Origin: an uncultured virus (IMG/VR IMGVR_UViG_3300049571_000412)
Taxonomy: Duplodnaviria > Heunggongvirae > Uroviricota > Caudoviricetes
Strand: one strand, 5' to 3'
Length of the DNA stretch: 20,000 nucleotides
Virus record (IMG/VR): IMGVR_UViG_3300049571_000412
Both the position numbers and the translations under genes were made by a program. The notes beneath the pieces are model-generated. The model was not told the DNA's origin. It saw only the letters and a program-made list of their open reading frames with translations, and did no database searches. The stretch's first letter is position 1. Each line of letters opens with the position of its first letter. This document shows positions 7,113 to 15,007 of this stretch, piece by piece.

Positions 7113-8759
7113 TCAGCCCACCCCGCGGTGACGGCTCGCGCGCTTGCCGACTATCGGCGCGGTCACCGGTGGCCCCTGCAGGTAGGACATCGCCTGGCTC
7201 ATCGCGTCCACCTGGTCGTCGTGCGCGCCGTTGGGGAAGACCGCATGCTCGTGCATCCATTCGTCGACGCGCGTCGGCTCGAACTCCAGGCGGCGGTGGT
7301 TGCCGGCGTCGTCGGTCCACTCGATCGGCGGCGGGCACGGGATGAACTCGGCGTCGGGCAGGTAGATGTTCCCGGCCTCGGCGATCGGTTCGGCGGCCGC
7401 GGCGCGGACCTCCTTGCCGCCTTCGGGCTCGACCGGGATGAGGCCGGTGATGGTCGCGCTCAGCGTGTCGATGACGGCCTTGCCGTTGGCCTTGGCCTCG
7501 ACCAGCTTCGCGCCGGTGGTGATGAAGGAGTCGAGCGCCTGCACGGCGCGCAGCGATTCGGTGAAGCTGAGGCGTGCCCGCACCTGCGCCAGCAGGTAGC
7601 GGTCGGCGCCCTTCGCCGCCCACACCTGGCCGACGACGTAGGAGGACGACTCCGACTGCGACTCGCCGAAGCGCATGTCCCACGAGGCGATCGTCTTCTC
7701 CAGGCGCATCGGCAGCGTCTCCTCGCGCCAGCGCTTCCACCAGTGCCGCTTGAACATCCCGCCTTCGGCCGGGGCCGGGCGCTGCTGTAGCTGCCCGGCG
7801 TAGCCGTAGGAGCCCTGTTCCTTCAGGAGCTCGGCAAGTTTCTCGTGGCCGAGGCGCACCGGCTCGAGCAGCTCGCCCTCGCCCTTGCGCCGGTCGCCCG
7901 CCAGCTCCCACCCGCTCGGCAGGGTGACGCTCTCGGGGTAGACGAACGGGTGCGACGGCTCGTAGGTGGCCGGAAGGCAGAGGTGGTGCCAGTCCCCGCG
8001 CTCCAGCAGGTAGCCGGTCAGGTCCTCCTCATGGAGGCGCTGCATCACGATCACCGCGGCGGCCCGGTCGTTGTTGAAGCGGGTGGACATCGTCCCCGAC
8101 CACCAGGTGTTCGCGTGCTCGCGCTTCGCGTCAGAGCGGGACTGGTCGGCGGAGAGGGCGTCGTCGACGACGATCCGGTCGCCACCCTCACCGGTGGCCA
8201 TCGCGTCGACCGAGGTGGCGAGGCGGAATCCCGTCTCGGTGTTCTCGTATTTCCCCTTCGCGTTCTGGTCGGAGGTCAGCGTCCACGGCTCCGGCTGCAG
8301 CAGGCGCAGGACGCCCTGGTAGCCGATGCGCTGGAAGATCGTCCCCTCCTCGCGCCCGCCCTTCGATTCGATCAGGCGCCGCATCTTCAGCGAGTCGCGG
8401 AGACTCAGTTCCGAAGCGTAGGTGGCGAAGAGCCAGCGGAGCGAGGGGTGCTTCAGCCAGTCCCATGAGGGCCAGAAGACCGCGGTCGTCAGGCTCTTCA
8501 TCGCCCGCGGCGGGATGTTGATGATCAGGCGGCGCAGCTCCCCGGCCGAGACGGCTTCGAGATGCTCGGCCATCACGTCCACATGCCAGCCGTCCACGAA
8601 GGGGGTGGCGGGCTCCAGGATCGGCCACGCCTCGCGGATGCAGGTGCCGAGGTTGGCGGCACAGGCCTGCGCCAGCGCGCGGTCCTCGTCGGGCGGCGGG
8701 TCGAAGATGTCGGCCGCGACGGCGAACGCGTCGGGCGGCTCAGTTCCTCCCAGCAGCAT
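7113..8759 (-). CDS. terL: Terminase large subunit (548 aa)
   Basis: Walker A NIPPRAMKS, Walker B IVVDD, VIVMQRLHEEDL, YAGQLQQRP. Nuclease motifs SWD, VEAKANG and FPNGAHDDQVDA. Confidence 0.95.
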   Translation of the reverse strand: MLLGGTEPPDAFAVAADIFDPPPDEDRALAQACAANLGTCIREAWPILEPATPFVDGWHVDVMAEHLEAVSAGELRRLIINIPPRAMKSLTTAVFWPSWDWLKHPSLRWLFATYASELSLRDSLKMRRLIESKGGREEGTIFQRIGYQGVLRLLQPEPWTLTSDQNAKGKYENTETGFRLATSVDAMATGEGGDRIVVDDALSADQSRSDAKREHANTWWSGTMSTRFNNDRAAAVIVMQRLHEEDLTGYLLERGDWHHLCLPATYEPSHPFVYPESVTLPSGWELAGDRRKGEGELLEPVRLGHEKLAELLKEQGSYGYAGQLQQRPAPAEGGMFKRHWWKRWREETLPMRLEKTIASWDMRFGESQSESSSYVVGQVWAAKGADRYLLAQVRARLSFTESLRAVQALDSFITTGAKLVEAKANGKAVIDTLSATITGLIPVEPEGGKEVRAAAAEPIAEAGNIYLPDAEFIPCPPPIEWTDDAGNHRRLEFEPTRVDEWMHEHAVFPNGAHDDQVDAMSQAMSYLQGPPVTAPIVGKRASRHRGVG

Positions 8760-9054
8760 CGCGGGCCTCTTGACGTTCGGCGTGTTCGATCATCTCGACG
8801 GCCTCGCGCATCTCGGTGGTCCAGGGCACGAGCGTGAACGTGCCATCGTCGTCCGGCTCAGCGGCGCCGGTCCCGAGTCCTTCGACCTGCGCGGTCCGCC
8901 AGCGTCCGCCTTTGCGAGAGGGCTTGACGGAGAGGACAAGCCAGCACGATCCGGTCGTCTCCCGGATGACGATGTCGCCCTCTTCGGGAAATGCCTCATC
9001 GGGCCATTCGAACCAGAGCCAGCGGTGGACGAGGCCCGGGATGCAGCCCCTCAT
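8740..9054 (-). CDS. Hypothetical protein (104 aa) between the terminase subunits
   Basis: ATG at 9054 overlaps the TerS stop (ATGA). Sequence MRGCIPGLVHRWLWFEWPDEAFPEEGDIVIRE... Confidence 0.65.
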   Translation of the reverse strand: MRGCIPGLVHRWLWFEWPDEAFPEEGDIVIRETTGSCWLVLSVKPSRKGGRWRTAQVEGLGTGAAEPDDDGTFTLVPWTTEMREAVEMIEHAERQEARDAAGRN

Positions 9055-9698
9055 GCCGTCAGTTCCCGCCCCGCACTCGACATGCGCATCAGGTGCTTGC
9101 GGACGACTTCGGGGGCACGAGGGTCGTCGGCGACGTCGAGGTCGACGAGGATGCCCTTGACCGCCTCGGCCATGAGGCTGCCCTGCGCTTCGGCCACCCG
9201 CACCCGTCGCTCCTCGAGGCCGGCGGCGATCGCCACCTTGGAGTAGCTGACGAGGCGGTCCATCGCCTTGGCGCGGACTTCGATCCAGATGTGGAGGGCG
9301 GGCGGTCCCTTGGTGGTCTCGACGACGCGCTCGCTCAGGGACTCGGCGCCCTTTTCTTCCTTCAGCGGGCGGTCGACGACGGTCGTCACGGGCCCGACCG
9401 CGTCCTCGGGCTGGAGTTCGGCGATGCGCTCGGAGGCGTAGGCGACTTCGCCGCCGGTGATGCGGATGCACTCCAGCAGGGCGACTTCCGGGGTCAGGTT
9501 CTCCAGCGGGGCGCCCATCACCGCGGCCTCGCGGCGGGCGAGCTGGACGGCGCCGGTGACTTCGGCCTGCGGGGAGGCGCCGCCGTGCTGACGGCAACGG
9601 CCGATGCCCTTATGGCTCGTGCCCCAGCCTGCCGTCCTGCCACAGGGCTCGCCCTGACGGTTCTCGGCGCCGCAGTACTTGGGGTCGGCCGGTTCCAT
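9051..9698 (-). CDS. Probable terminase small subunit (HGGxSTG-type Zn motif, 215 aa)
   Basis: CGAENRQGEPC...GRCRQHGGASP followed by a helical region. Upstream of terL. Confidence 0.75.
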   Translation of the reverse strand: MEPADPKYCGAENRQGEPCGRTAGWGTSHKGIGRCRQHGGASPQAEVTGAVQLARREAAVMGAPLENLTPEVALLECIRITGGEVAYASERIAELQPEDAVGPVTTVVDRPLKEEKGAESLSERVVETTKGPPALHIWIEVRAKAMDRLVSYSKVAIAAGLEERRVRVAEAQGSLMAEAVKGILVDLDVADDPRAPEVVRKHLMRMSSAGRELTA

Positions 9699-9703
9699 GA
9701 GGT

Positions 9704-10141
9704 TCAGCCGTGCTGCCGGATGACGGCGGTCCCTTTCGGCAGGGTCGCCAACCCGGGGCCGTCGGGGCCAGCGACGATGCCGCCTCTCGCGTAGTCCCCA
9801 TCCAGCCCACGCCGACTAGGCGTCAGCGCCCGACCGGTGTTGGCCTCCACGGCTACGGCCCTGTCGTCCCAGAGCTCGACCATGTCGAAGTCCTTGACGC
9901 ACGTCGCGGGGAGTGGGGTGCCGATGTGCTCGCGGGTCCACTCCCGGATCGCGTCGGCCACCTCGTCCCCGCCCTCGAACATCCTGGCGGTGAAGATGCG
10001 CACCTGTCGACCTTCGTCCAGCCAGCGCCTGACGCGGTCGACCATGGCGGGGATGGGGGCGCCGATGGTGGTCGGTCCCTCCCACTGGTCGTACTCGGCG
10101 AGGGTGCCGTCGAGGTCCACTCCGATCCAGCCGGGGTTCAT
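9704..10141 (-). CDS. Phage HAD-family phosphatase-like protein (145 aa)
   Basis: HAD motifs IGVDLDGTLA, IFTAR, K and WDDRA. Confidence 0.85.
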   Translation of the reverse strand: MNPGWIGVDLDGTLAEYDQWEGPTTIGAPIPAMVDRVRRWLDEGRQVRIFTARMFEGGDEVADAIREWTREHIGTPLPATCVKDFDMVELWDDRAVAVEANTGRALTPSRRGLDGDYARGGIVAGPDGPGLATLPKGTAVIRQHG

Positions 10142-10371
10142 CCGTCAGCCCCGCGCGCCAAGTCGAGCACTGCCTTGACCTCGGCAAGCGCCTCGCCGTC
10201 GACCTCGATGCTCTGCGGCATCAGCGTCAGGACGGTCGAGTTGATCTCGCCGACCCCCACTGCCAACTCCACCTTGGTGGTGAAGTCCGAGATGTCGTGG
10301 CCGTCGAGGATGACCTGCGCTCCTTCGCCGGTCGGGCCGTTCGTCTTGATCTCCAGCTTGCCGAGGCTCAT
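10138..10371 (-). CDS. Hypothetical phage protein (77 aa)
   Basis: ATGA-coupled at both ends. Sequence MSLGKLEIKTNG...VILDGHDIS. Confidence 0.7.
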   Translation of the reverse strand: MSLGKLEIKTNGPTGEGAQVILDGHDISDFTTKVELAVGVGEINSTVLTLMPQSIEVDGEALAEVKAVLDLARGADG

Positions 10372-10595
10372 GCGAAGCTCCAGCGCGCCACCCACGGGCC
10401 GTCTTTCGGGCCGGGCGTGGAGCGCACCACCACGCCTTCGCCGCGCAGCCGGTTGAGGATCCGGACCACCCGTGAGCAGTCGGTGCGTCCGGTCTTGCCC
10501 TGGGGCTCGCCGAGGCGTTCGGCGATGTCGTGGGCGGTCTCGTTGGGGCGGAGTGCTTCTAGCACCCGCTCCGGGGTGAGGTCGAGGTATTGCAT
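10368..10595 (-). CDS. Small winged-HTH DNA-binding protein (75 aa)
   Basis: AGGAGG RBS before ATG 10595. ERVLEAL..TAHDIAERLG...VVRILNRLRGEGVV fits a wHTH. Confidence 0.7.
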   Translation of the reverse strand: MQYLDLTPERVLEALRPNETAHDIAERLGEPQGKTGRTDCSRVVRILNRLRGEGVVVRSTPGPKDGPWVARWSFA

Positions 10596-10619
10596 TGGGA
10601 GCCTCCTGCGCCTGGAGCG

Positions 10620-11010
10620 GCGCTGGTTGTGAATCGAAGATGTCCCAGCGGATGGGCGCCGGGATGTCCGGCGGTTCTGCGCTCTACGAAGCGCTTGACA
10701 GCCGCCGTGGGTCGCGCGATGTCCGGGGCGATGTCCCAAGCGGCGGGCGCGGAGAAGTCGGGCCGCCGCGGTCCGTGCCCTTCGAGCGCGGCGGATGCTT
10801 ATGTCGGCGGGCGTCCGGCTGCCACCGGGACCGATCTGTCGAGGGCACGACCGATACGCAGCCACCGGGCACCCGCTGTGGGCGTGCCGAGCAGAGGGCT
10901 GCGTCGAACGGTCCGCCGAGCCGGGTGAAGAGGGCCGGTGGCTCAAGGCGGACCGAGAGGGCGGACGCGCTCGCCTCCGGGCTGGCAGGAGTTGACGAGG
11001 CTGCGCGTCC
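10620..11010 (-). ncRNA. Candidate structured non-coding RNA downstream of the tRNA
   Basis: No credible ORF. Consecutive stems 10963-10970/11003-11010, 10909-10922/10940-10955, 10856-10863/10897-10904 and 10769-10785/10839-10853. Four GGACATC copies. Confidence 0.45.
10639..10736 (-). repeat. Four direct repeats of GGACATC
   Basis: gatgtcc on the + strand at 10639, 10663, 10718 and 10730. Confidence 0.8.
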
Positions 11011-11012
11011 TA

Positions 11013-11084
11013 TGGCGACGGCGGGACTCGAACCCGCGATCTCCTGGTTATGAGCCAGGCGAGATGCCGCTTCTCCACGTCGCG
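11013..11084 (-). tRNA. tRNA-Met(CAT), initiator (fMet)-like; CCA not encoded
   Basis: CGCGACG-TG-GAGA AGCGGCA TCTC-G-CCTGG CTCATAA CCAGG-AGATC-GCGGG TTCGAGT CCCGC-CGTCGCC-A gives a full cloverleaf with unpaired C1:C72 and A11:U24. Confidence 0.95.
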
Positions 11085-11238
11085 TCGATGTATGCCAAGC
11101 GTCTCGCCTTCGACCACGCAGAAGTGGTCGGCATCGCTTGGGCTTACGCCTCTTCTCTCGTCCCTGTCAGAGCGAGTCGGCGCTTACTCGGATGAGGATC
11201 GATCCCGGTTGCGGACGTAGCTGTCCTACCTGCGGGAA

Positions 11239-11265
11239 CGGGTGCAACGATAGCCATTGCACCCG
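11239..11265. promoter_or_regulatory. Perfect 9-bp inverted repeat overlapping a putative minus-strand -10 box
   Basis: CGGGTGCAA-N9-TTGCACCCG. Minus-strand TATCGT at 11247-11252, at the head of the tRNA/packaging region. Confidence 0.5.
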
Positions 11266-11307
11266 GACGACTCAGTGGTTCTGGGCGCGATCTTGCAGGC
11301 CGAGCAG

Positions 11308-11586
11308 CTACAGGCTTCCGTAGAGCTTGCGCCGTTGGGTGCCCGTCATGGCGAGCAGCATCCCTGCGAGGCGCGCCCCATCGACGTCGGCCTCGTCGAT
11401 CGCCGCGTGGGCGCAGAAGACGATGCTGCCCTCCTCCAGGTTGCCGTCGCCGAGCGCGATATGGAGCGGTCCCCAGACGTAGGAGCCGCGTTGTTCGAGT
11501 GCCGCGTTGTAGGCCTGGGCGAACTCCAGCACCTGCGGGACCGTCGGGCGGTCGCGGGGCTTGTCGGGGATCGGGCCGCGCGCCAT
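11308..11586 (-). CDS. Hypothetical phage protein (92 aa)
   Basis: TGATG coupling. Sequence MARGPIPDKP...WGPLHIALGDGNLE. Confidence 0.7.
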   Translation of the reverse strand: MARGPIPDKPRDRPTVPQVLEFAQAYNAALEQRGSYVWGPLHIALGDGNLEEGSIVFCAHAAIDEADVDGARLAGMLLAMTGTQRRKLYGSL

Positions 11587-11792
11587 CAGCGTGATGCGAG
11601 GCGCCCACGGACATGGCCTTTGAGCGCCACGCGGGTGCCCCCCATCGCCCTCAGCGAGGCTGCAAGGTTCGAGGCAATGCGCCTTTCGGCATCCTGGACG
11701 CTCTGCTCGGTGGCGAGGCGCGCCTGCTCCATCTTGAGGCGGTCGTTGGCGCGCCGGACCGTCTCGGCGTTGGGGAAGTCGGCGAGGGACAT
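11586..11792 (-). CDS. Hypothetical protein (68 aa)
   Basis: TGATG coupling at both ends. Confidence 0.65.
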   Translation of the reverse strand: MSLADFPNAETVRRANDRLKMEQARLATEQSVQDAERRIASNLAASLRAMGGTRVALKGHVRGRLASR

Positions 11793-12112
11793 CAGGTTGC
11801 CTCGGCCGGCGCCCGGTACCGCTCGCGGATCTCCTCCAGAGTGGCTTCTGCCTCGCCCTCCCCGGCGCGGTTGTAGCGCACGAACTCCGCCGCAGAGTCA
11901 TCGTCTCGGGCGCCGGGCCAGAGCGCGCTGTGCCCGCGTTGCTCGCACCGCTCCAGACGTTCGGGGGTCTCGTGCTCTCGGGCGCGGCCGTACTCATCGC
12001 GGAGGTAGGCGATCATCTCCTCGCGGGTCAGGATCCAGGTCACGGGCGCATCGACGACCGTTGACCACTCGACATACTCTTCGTCGGCGAGCTTGACTAG
12101 GCAGCGACCCAT
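11792..12112 (-). CDS. Hypothetical phage protein (106 aa)
   Basis: TGATG coupling. Sequence MGRCLVKLADEEYVEWSTVVDAP...NRAGEGE. Confidence 0.75.
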   Translation of the reverse strand: MGRCLVKLADEEYVEWSTVVDAPVTWILTREEMIAYLRDEYGRAREHETPERLERCEQRGHSALWPGARDDDSAAEFVRYNRAGEGEAEATLEEIRERYRAPAEAT

Positions 12113-12423
12113 CAGCGCCGTGCCTTCCACCGCGCCAACTCGACACGTAGGCGCTTGATGGGTTCGCGGTGCCAGCGATAGGGAGGCTTCCACGGGGCGT
12201 GGCGGGTTGACCCGTCCGGCAGCAGCAGGACATCGCTCATCCAGTAGCCGGTGTTCGGGTCGAAGGTTGCGCCCGTGAGTCGGGAGTCGGTGCTCACCGT
12301 CGCCACGCCGAATGCCGGGGAATTGACCTCGTCGGCGGTGAACTCCTTGCCCCAGACTGACGGCTCGTGCGGGATCGTGGTCGACAATTCGGGAAGGCCG
12401 CCGGAGTCGTCGAGGGGGGTCAT
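12112..12423 (-). CDS. Hypothetical protein (103 aa)
   Basis: GAGG before ATG 12423. Its stop overlaps the next start. Confidence 0.6.
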   Translation of the reverse strand: MTPLDDSGGLPELSTTIPHEPSVWGKEFTADEVNSPAFGVATVSTDSRLTGATFDPNTGYWMSDVLLLPDGSTRHAPWKPPYRWHREPIKRLRVELARWKARR

Positions 12424-12433
12424 CGCCCTCAGC

Positions 12434-13099
12434 CTACGCCGCCACCGAGACGGCCTCAACCTGCTTCGGCAGGTAGCGCCGCACCGTGTTCACCGACACC
12501 CCAAGCTCCGTGGCGATCGCCGTCGGTCCCATCTCGCGTCCGGCCATCATCTGCACCTCATGGCGACGACGGTCCTCATCCCAGCCGTAGAACTCGGGCA
12601 GGGGCTTGCCGGTCTCCGGGTCGCGCTCGTTCCACTTCCGGGCCTTCTTGACCCACTGGACGGTGCAGCGCTCCAGGACGGCGACGAAGTGCGCGGGTTT
12701 GCCCTCGTAGAGGTCGACGATGCGCACCGCGGCGCGTTCCTCGACCTTGATCGGGTCTTCCGCGTCCCGGTCGTCCAACTTGCCTTCGCGGAGCGACACC
12801 CGGTGGGGAACGCGGAAACGGAAATCGAGGTACTCGACCTGCGCGAGCAGATAGAGGCTGCGCAGCTTGCCCTCGTCGCCGTCGGCTTTGGCCCGGGCGA
12901 AGTGCCAGGAGTACCACTCGAAGAGGGAGACGCGGTCTTTGTCGGGGGGCTTGGTCGGGTCGCCTCGGAGACCCACCCCCGCCGGCGCCTTGGACTTCGT
13001 CGCAGATTCGTGGACGCGGTTGGGGTCAAGGTTCTGCGTCGGGGCGTCGGCGAGCATCTCCAACTTGCCGAGGATCTCGTGGATCAGGTCGTCGATCAC
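12434..13099 (-). CDS. HTH regulator, candidate late-gene activator (221 aa)
   Basis: GGAGG before GTG 13099. C-terminal HTH GPTAIATELGVSVNTVRRYL and a second HTH-like segment KPAHFVAVLERCTVQWVKK. Lies upstream of the packaging genes. Confidence 0.75.
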   Translation of the reverse strand: MIDDLIHEILGKLEMLADAPTQNLDPNRVHESATKSKAPAGVGLRGDPTKPPDKDRVSLFEWYSWHFARAKADGDEGKLRSLYLLAQVEYLDFRFRVPHRVSLREGKLDDRDAEDPIKVEERAAVRIVDLYEGKPAHFVAVLERCTVQWVKKARKWNERDPETGKPLPEFYGWDEDRRRHEVQMMAGREMGPTAIATELGVSVNTVRRYLPKQVEAVSVAA

Positions 13100-13305
13100 C
13101 GGCCCTCCCTCATCGCGCTCTCGACCTCCTCGACCAGGCGCCCCGCCCATCGCTGGTAGGCGCCGTCGAGATTCGCCGCAAAGGCGCGCAGGTCGCCGTG
13201 CTCTACCTCGAAGGCTCGGGCTACCTCGCGCTCGAACCGAAGCTGGCGCCACCACAGGGGCAGGGCGATGCCGACGGCCAGTGCGAGAGCACGCGCCAGC
13301 CTCAC
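13096..13305 (-). CDS. Small protein with an N-terminal hydrophobic segment (69 aa)
   Basis: GTGA coupling to the sigma gene. Contains LARALALAVGIALPLWW. Confidence 0.6.
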   Translation of the reverse strand: MRLARALALAVGIALPLWWRQLRFEREVARAFEVEHGDLRAFAANLDGAYQRWAGRLVEEVESAMREGR

Positions 13306-13901
13306 GCTGCGGCCTCCAGCCCCTCGCGGATCTTCCGCTTCGCGCGCTGCGCCGCGTTGTCGATCGTCTTGAACCCTCGGCCGGTGTCCTCGGCGACCTG
13401 CTCGTAGCTGAGGCCGGAGGCGATGCCGCCGACCGCCTGGCGCTCGAGGGCGGACAGCCGGCAGAAGGTCGCTCGCACCGCCTCGAATTCTTCCTTCGCC
13501 TCCAACGCAGAGACCGGGTCGGGACGCCGTTCGTCGGCCAGCACCTCTTCGAGCATCGGATCTTCGATGTCGCTGCTGCCGCTGACGGTGCCCCGGAGCG
13601 ACAAGGCCTCGTTCAGCGGTGAGTGCTTGCGGCGTGATGCGGCCTTCGCCGCGGTGATGACCTGGCGCCGGACACACAAATCGAGGAAGTTCCTGAAGCC
13701 GGATCCGTTGCCGGGGCGGAAGTCCCTCACGGCCTTGAAGGCACCCACCCGGCCTTCCTGCCGGAGGTCTTCGGCATCGGCGCCGAGCATGAAGTAGGCG
13801 GACGCGATCATCCGGATCAGGCCCTCATGGCGGTGGAGGATCCGGCGCATCGCCAGTTCGTCGCCCTGCTGGGCGCGGGCGACCAGGGCCTCGTCGGTCA
13901 T
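13302..13901 (-). CDS. sigH: Phage-borne sigma-70 factor of the Spo0H/SigH (Bacillus-type) family, 199 aa
   Basis: YFMLGADAEDLRQEGRVGAFKAVRDF, LCVRRQVITAAKAASRRKHSPLN, LSALER and SYEQVA..GRGFKTIDNAAQRAKRKI match Spo0H signatures. Confidence 0.88.
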   Translation of the reverse strand: MTDEALVARAQQGDELAMRRILHRHEGLIRMIASAYFMLGADAEDLRQEGRVGAFKAVRDFRPGNGSGFRNFLDLCVRRQVITAAKAASRRKHSPLNEALSLRGTVSGSSDIEDPMLEEVLADERRPDPVSALEAKEEFEAVRATFCRLSALERQAVGGIASGLSYEQVAEDTGRGFKTIDNAAQRAKRKIREGLEAAA

Positions 13902-14083
13902 CCCAGCCTCCGCCCGAACGTCATCCCTCGACGGGCGCCGCCGCCGACCCCGACCATGCGCTTGCCTCCGGTGCTGCCGATCTCCGCGCCGTCGTTCTTG
14001 CCGTTGGCTCCGCTGCCCCCGCGGTGTGACCGGGTGGCGCGGTCGAGGGCGATGCGGTGGCGGCTTGCGGCGGGGGTGTTCAC
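13898..14083 (-). CDS. Gly/Arg-rich hypothetical protein (61 aa)
   Basis: GTGA and ATGA overlaps fill the gap exactly. Confidence 0.5.
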   Translation of the reverse strand: MNTPAASRHRIALDRATRSHRGGSGANGKNDGAEIGSTGGKRMVGVGGGARRGMTFGRRLG

Positions 14084-14298
14084 AGCGCCACCAACTTGAA
14101 GCGTTCTGGACGGTTCAGCTCGACATAGCGGGCACAGTCCCCACAGAAGATTACGAGCTTGCCGCTCTCCAGATCCCGGTACATGTAGGCGCCCTTCTCT
14201 TCGTCGAGCGCGGGCGCCTTGCAGATGTCGGCAGCACAGTTCTCGATGCCTCCGTAGGGGGCGAGAACGCGTCCGAACTCCGGCGACCCCTCGATCAA
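14080..14298 (-). CDS. Small Zn-finger-like protein (72 aa)
   Basis: CAADIC...FCGDC motif. TTG start coupled to the upstream stop. Confidence 0.7.
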   Translation of the reverse strand: MIEGSPEFGRVLAPYGGIENCAADICKAPALDEEKGAYMYRDLESGKLVIFCGDCARYVELNRPERFKLVAL

Positions 14299-14636
14299 CC
14301 GTCCACCTTCGCCGTGTGGACGCGCTCCATGATCGTCGCCTCTTTGGTGACGTGCTTCTTGAAGCCGACCCCGATCTCGGCCGTGCCGGTGGCGATGACC
14401 TGCCCGTCGGCATCGGCGAAGCTCACCGAGACGATGTCGCAGTTGCGGAGCGCGTCCTCCAGCCGGAGCGACCCCGTCAGCTTGACGGTGTGGATGTAGG
14501 AGTCGACCCGTTCCCGGCGGCGGTCCGGGGTCGTGTTGTAGAAGGCTTCGCGCGCGTCCTTTTCGGACTGCGACTCGGGGAAGAGCGCGATCGTCTCCCC
14601 GTCGCCGTCGAGGTCGAAGGCGTCGTGTTCGCTCAT
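14295..14636 (-). CDS. Hypothetical phage protein (113 aa)
   Basis: AAAGGA RBS before ATG 14636 (MSEHDAFDLDG...). Confidence 0.7.
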   Translation of the reverse strand: MSEHDAFDLDGDGETIALFPESQSEKDAREAFYNTTPDRRRERVDSYIHTVKLTGSLRLEDALRNCDIVSVSFADADGQVIATGTAEIGVGFKKHVTKEATIMERVHTAKVDG

Positions 14637-14878
14637 CGGCGTCCTTTCGTCGGGAGGGGGAGTAGGCAGAGACTGCGGGAGCCGACGACGAGGAAGACGC
14701 CGGGCTCGTTGAAGATCCGTGGCGAGCGGTAGCGGAACCTCACGCGGCGATCGGCTCCCGTGCGGGCAGTTCCCCGCCGCGGCGGACCAGTTCGGCCAGT
14801 GCCGACTCGTCACCCTCGGCGGTGCGGCGCATCAGCTCCTGCTCGGAGGCTGCGCGGTGGGTCAGGTCGGTGACCTGC

Positions 14879-14914
14879 CGCTGGTCCGTTCGCTGGTCCG
14901 AACGTGGACCAACG
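14879..14914. repeat. Putative integrase arm-type sites, prophage side
   Basis: CGCTGGTCCG at 14879 and 14891 (12-bp period), plus an inverted 8/10 copy at 14905-14914. Confidence 0.65.
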
Positions 14915-15007
14915 GAGCCGTGCGGAGCCGCACCGGTCGGGCCGTTGCATCCGCTCTGCGCTGGGGAATCCGCAGTCTGACGCGAAGCCGCCGGAGTCTG
15001 CCCTCCT

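Noticed and set aside
10639..10736. CRISPR mini-array, or CsrA-sponge GGA repeats
   Set aside because: The repeats are only 7 bp with irregular spacing, there are no cas genes, and they lack the ANGGA context.
10950..11012. HDV-like (theta) ribozyme after the tRNA
   Set aside because: A GGACGCG/CGCGTCC stem exists, but the P1.1 GG, the L3 loop and the catalytic C-containing J4/2 could not be placed.
11100..11200. Hammerhead ribozyme upstream of the tRNA
   Set aside because: CTGACAG is not CUGANGA, and there is no properly placed GAAA.
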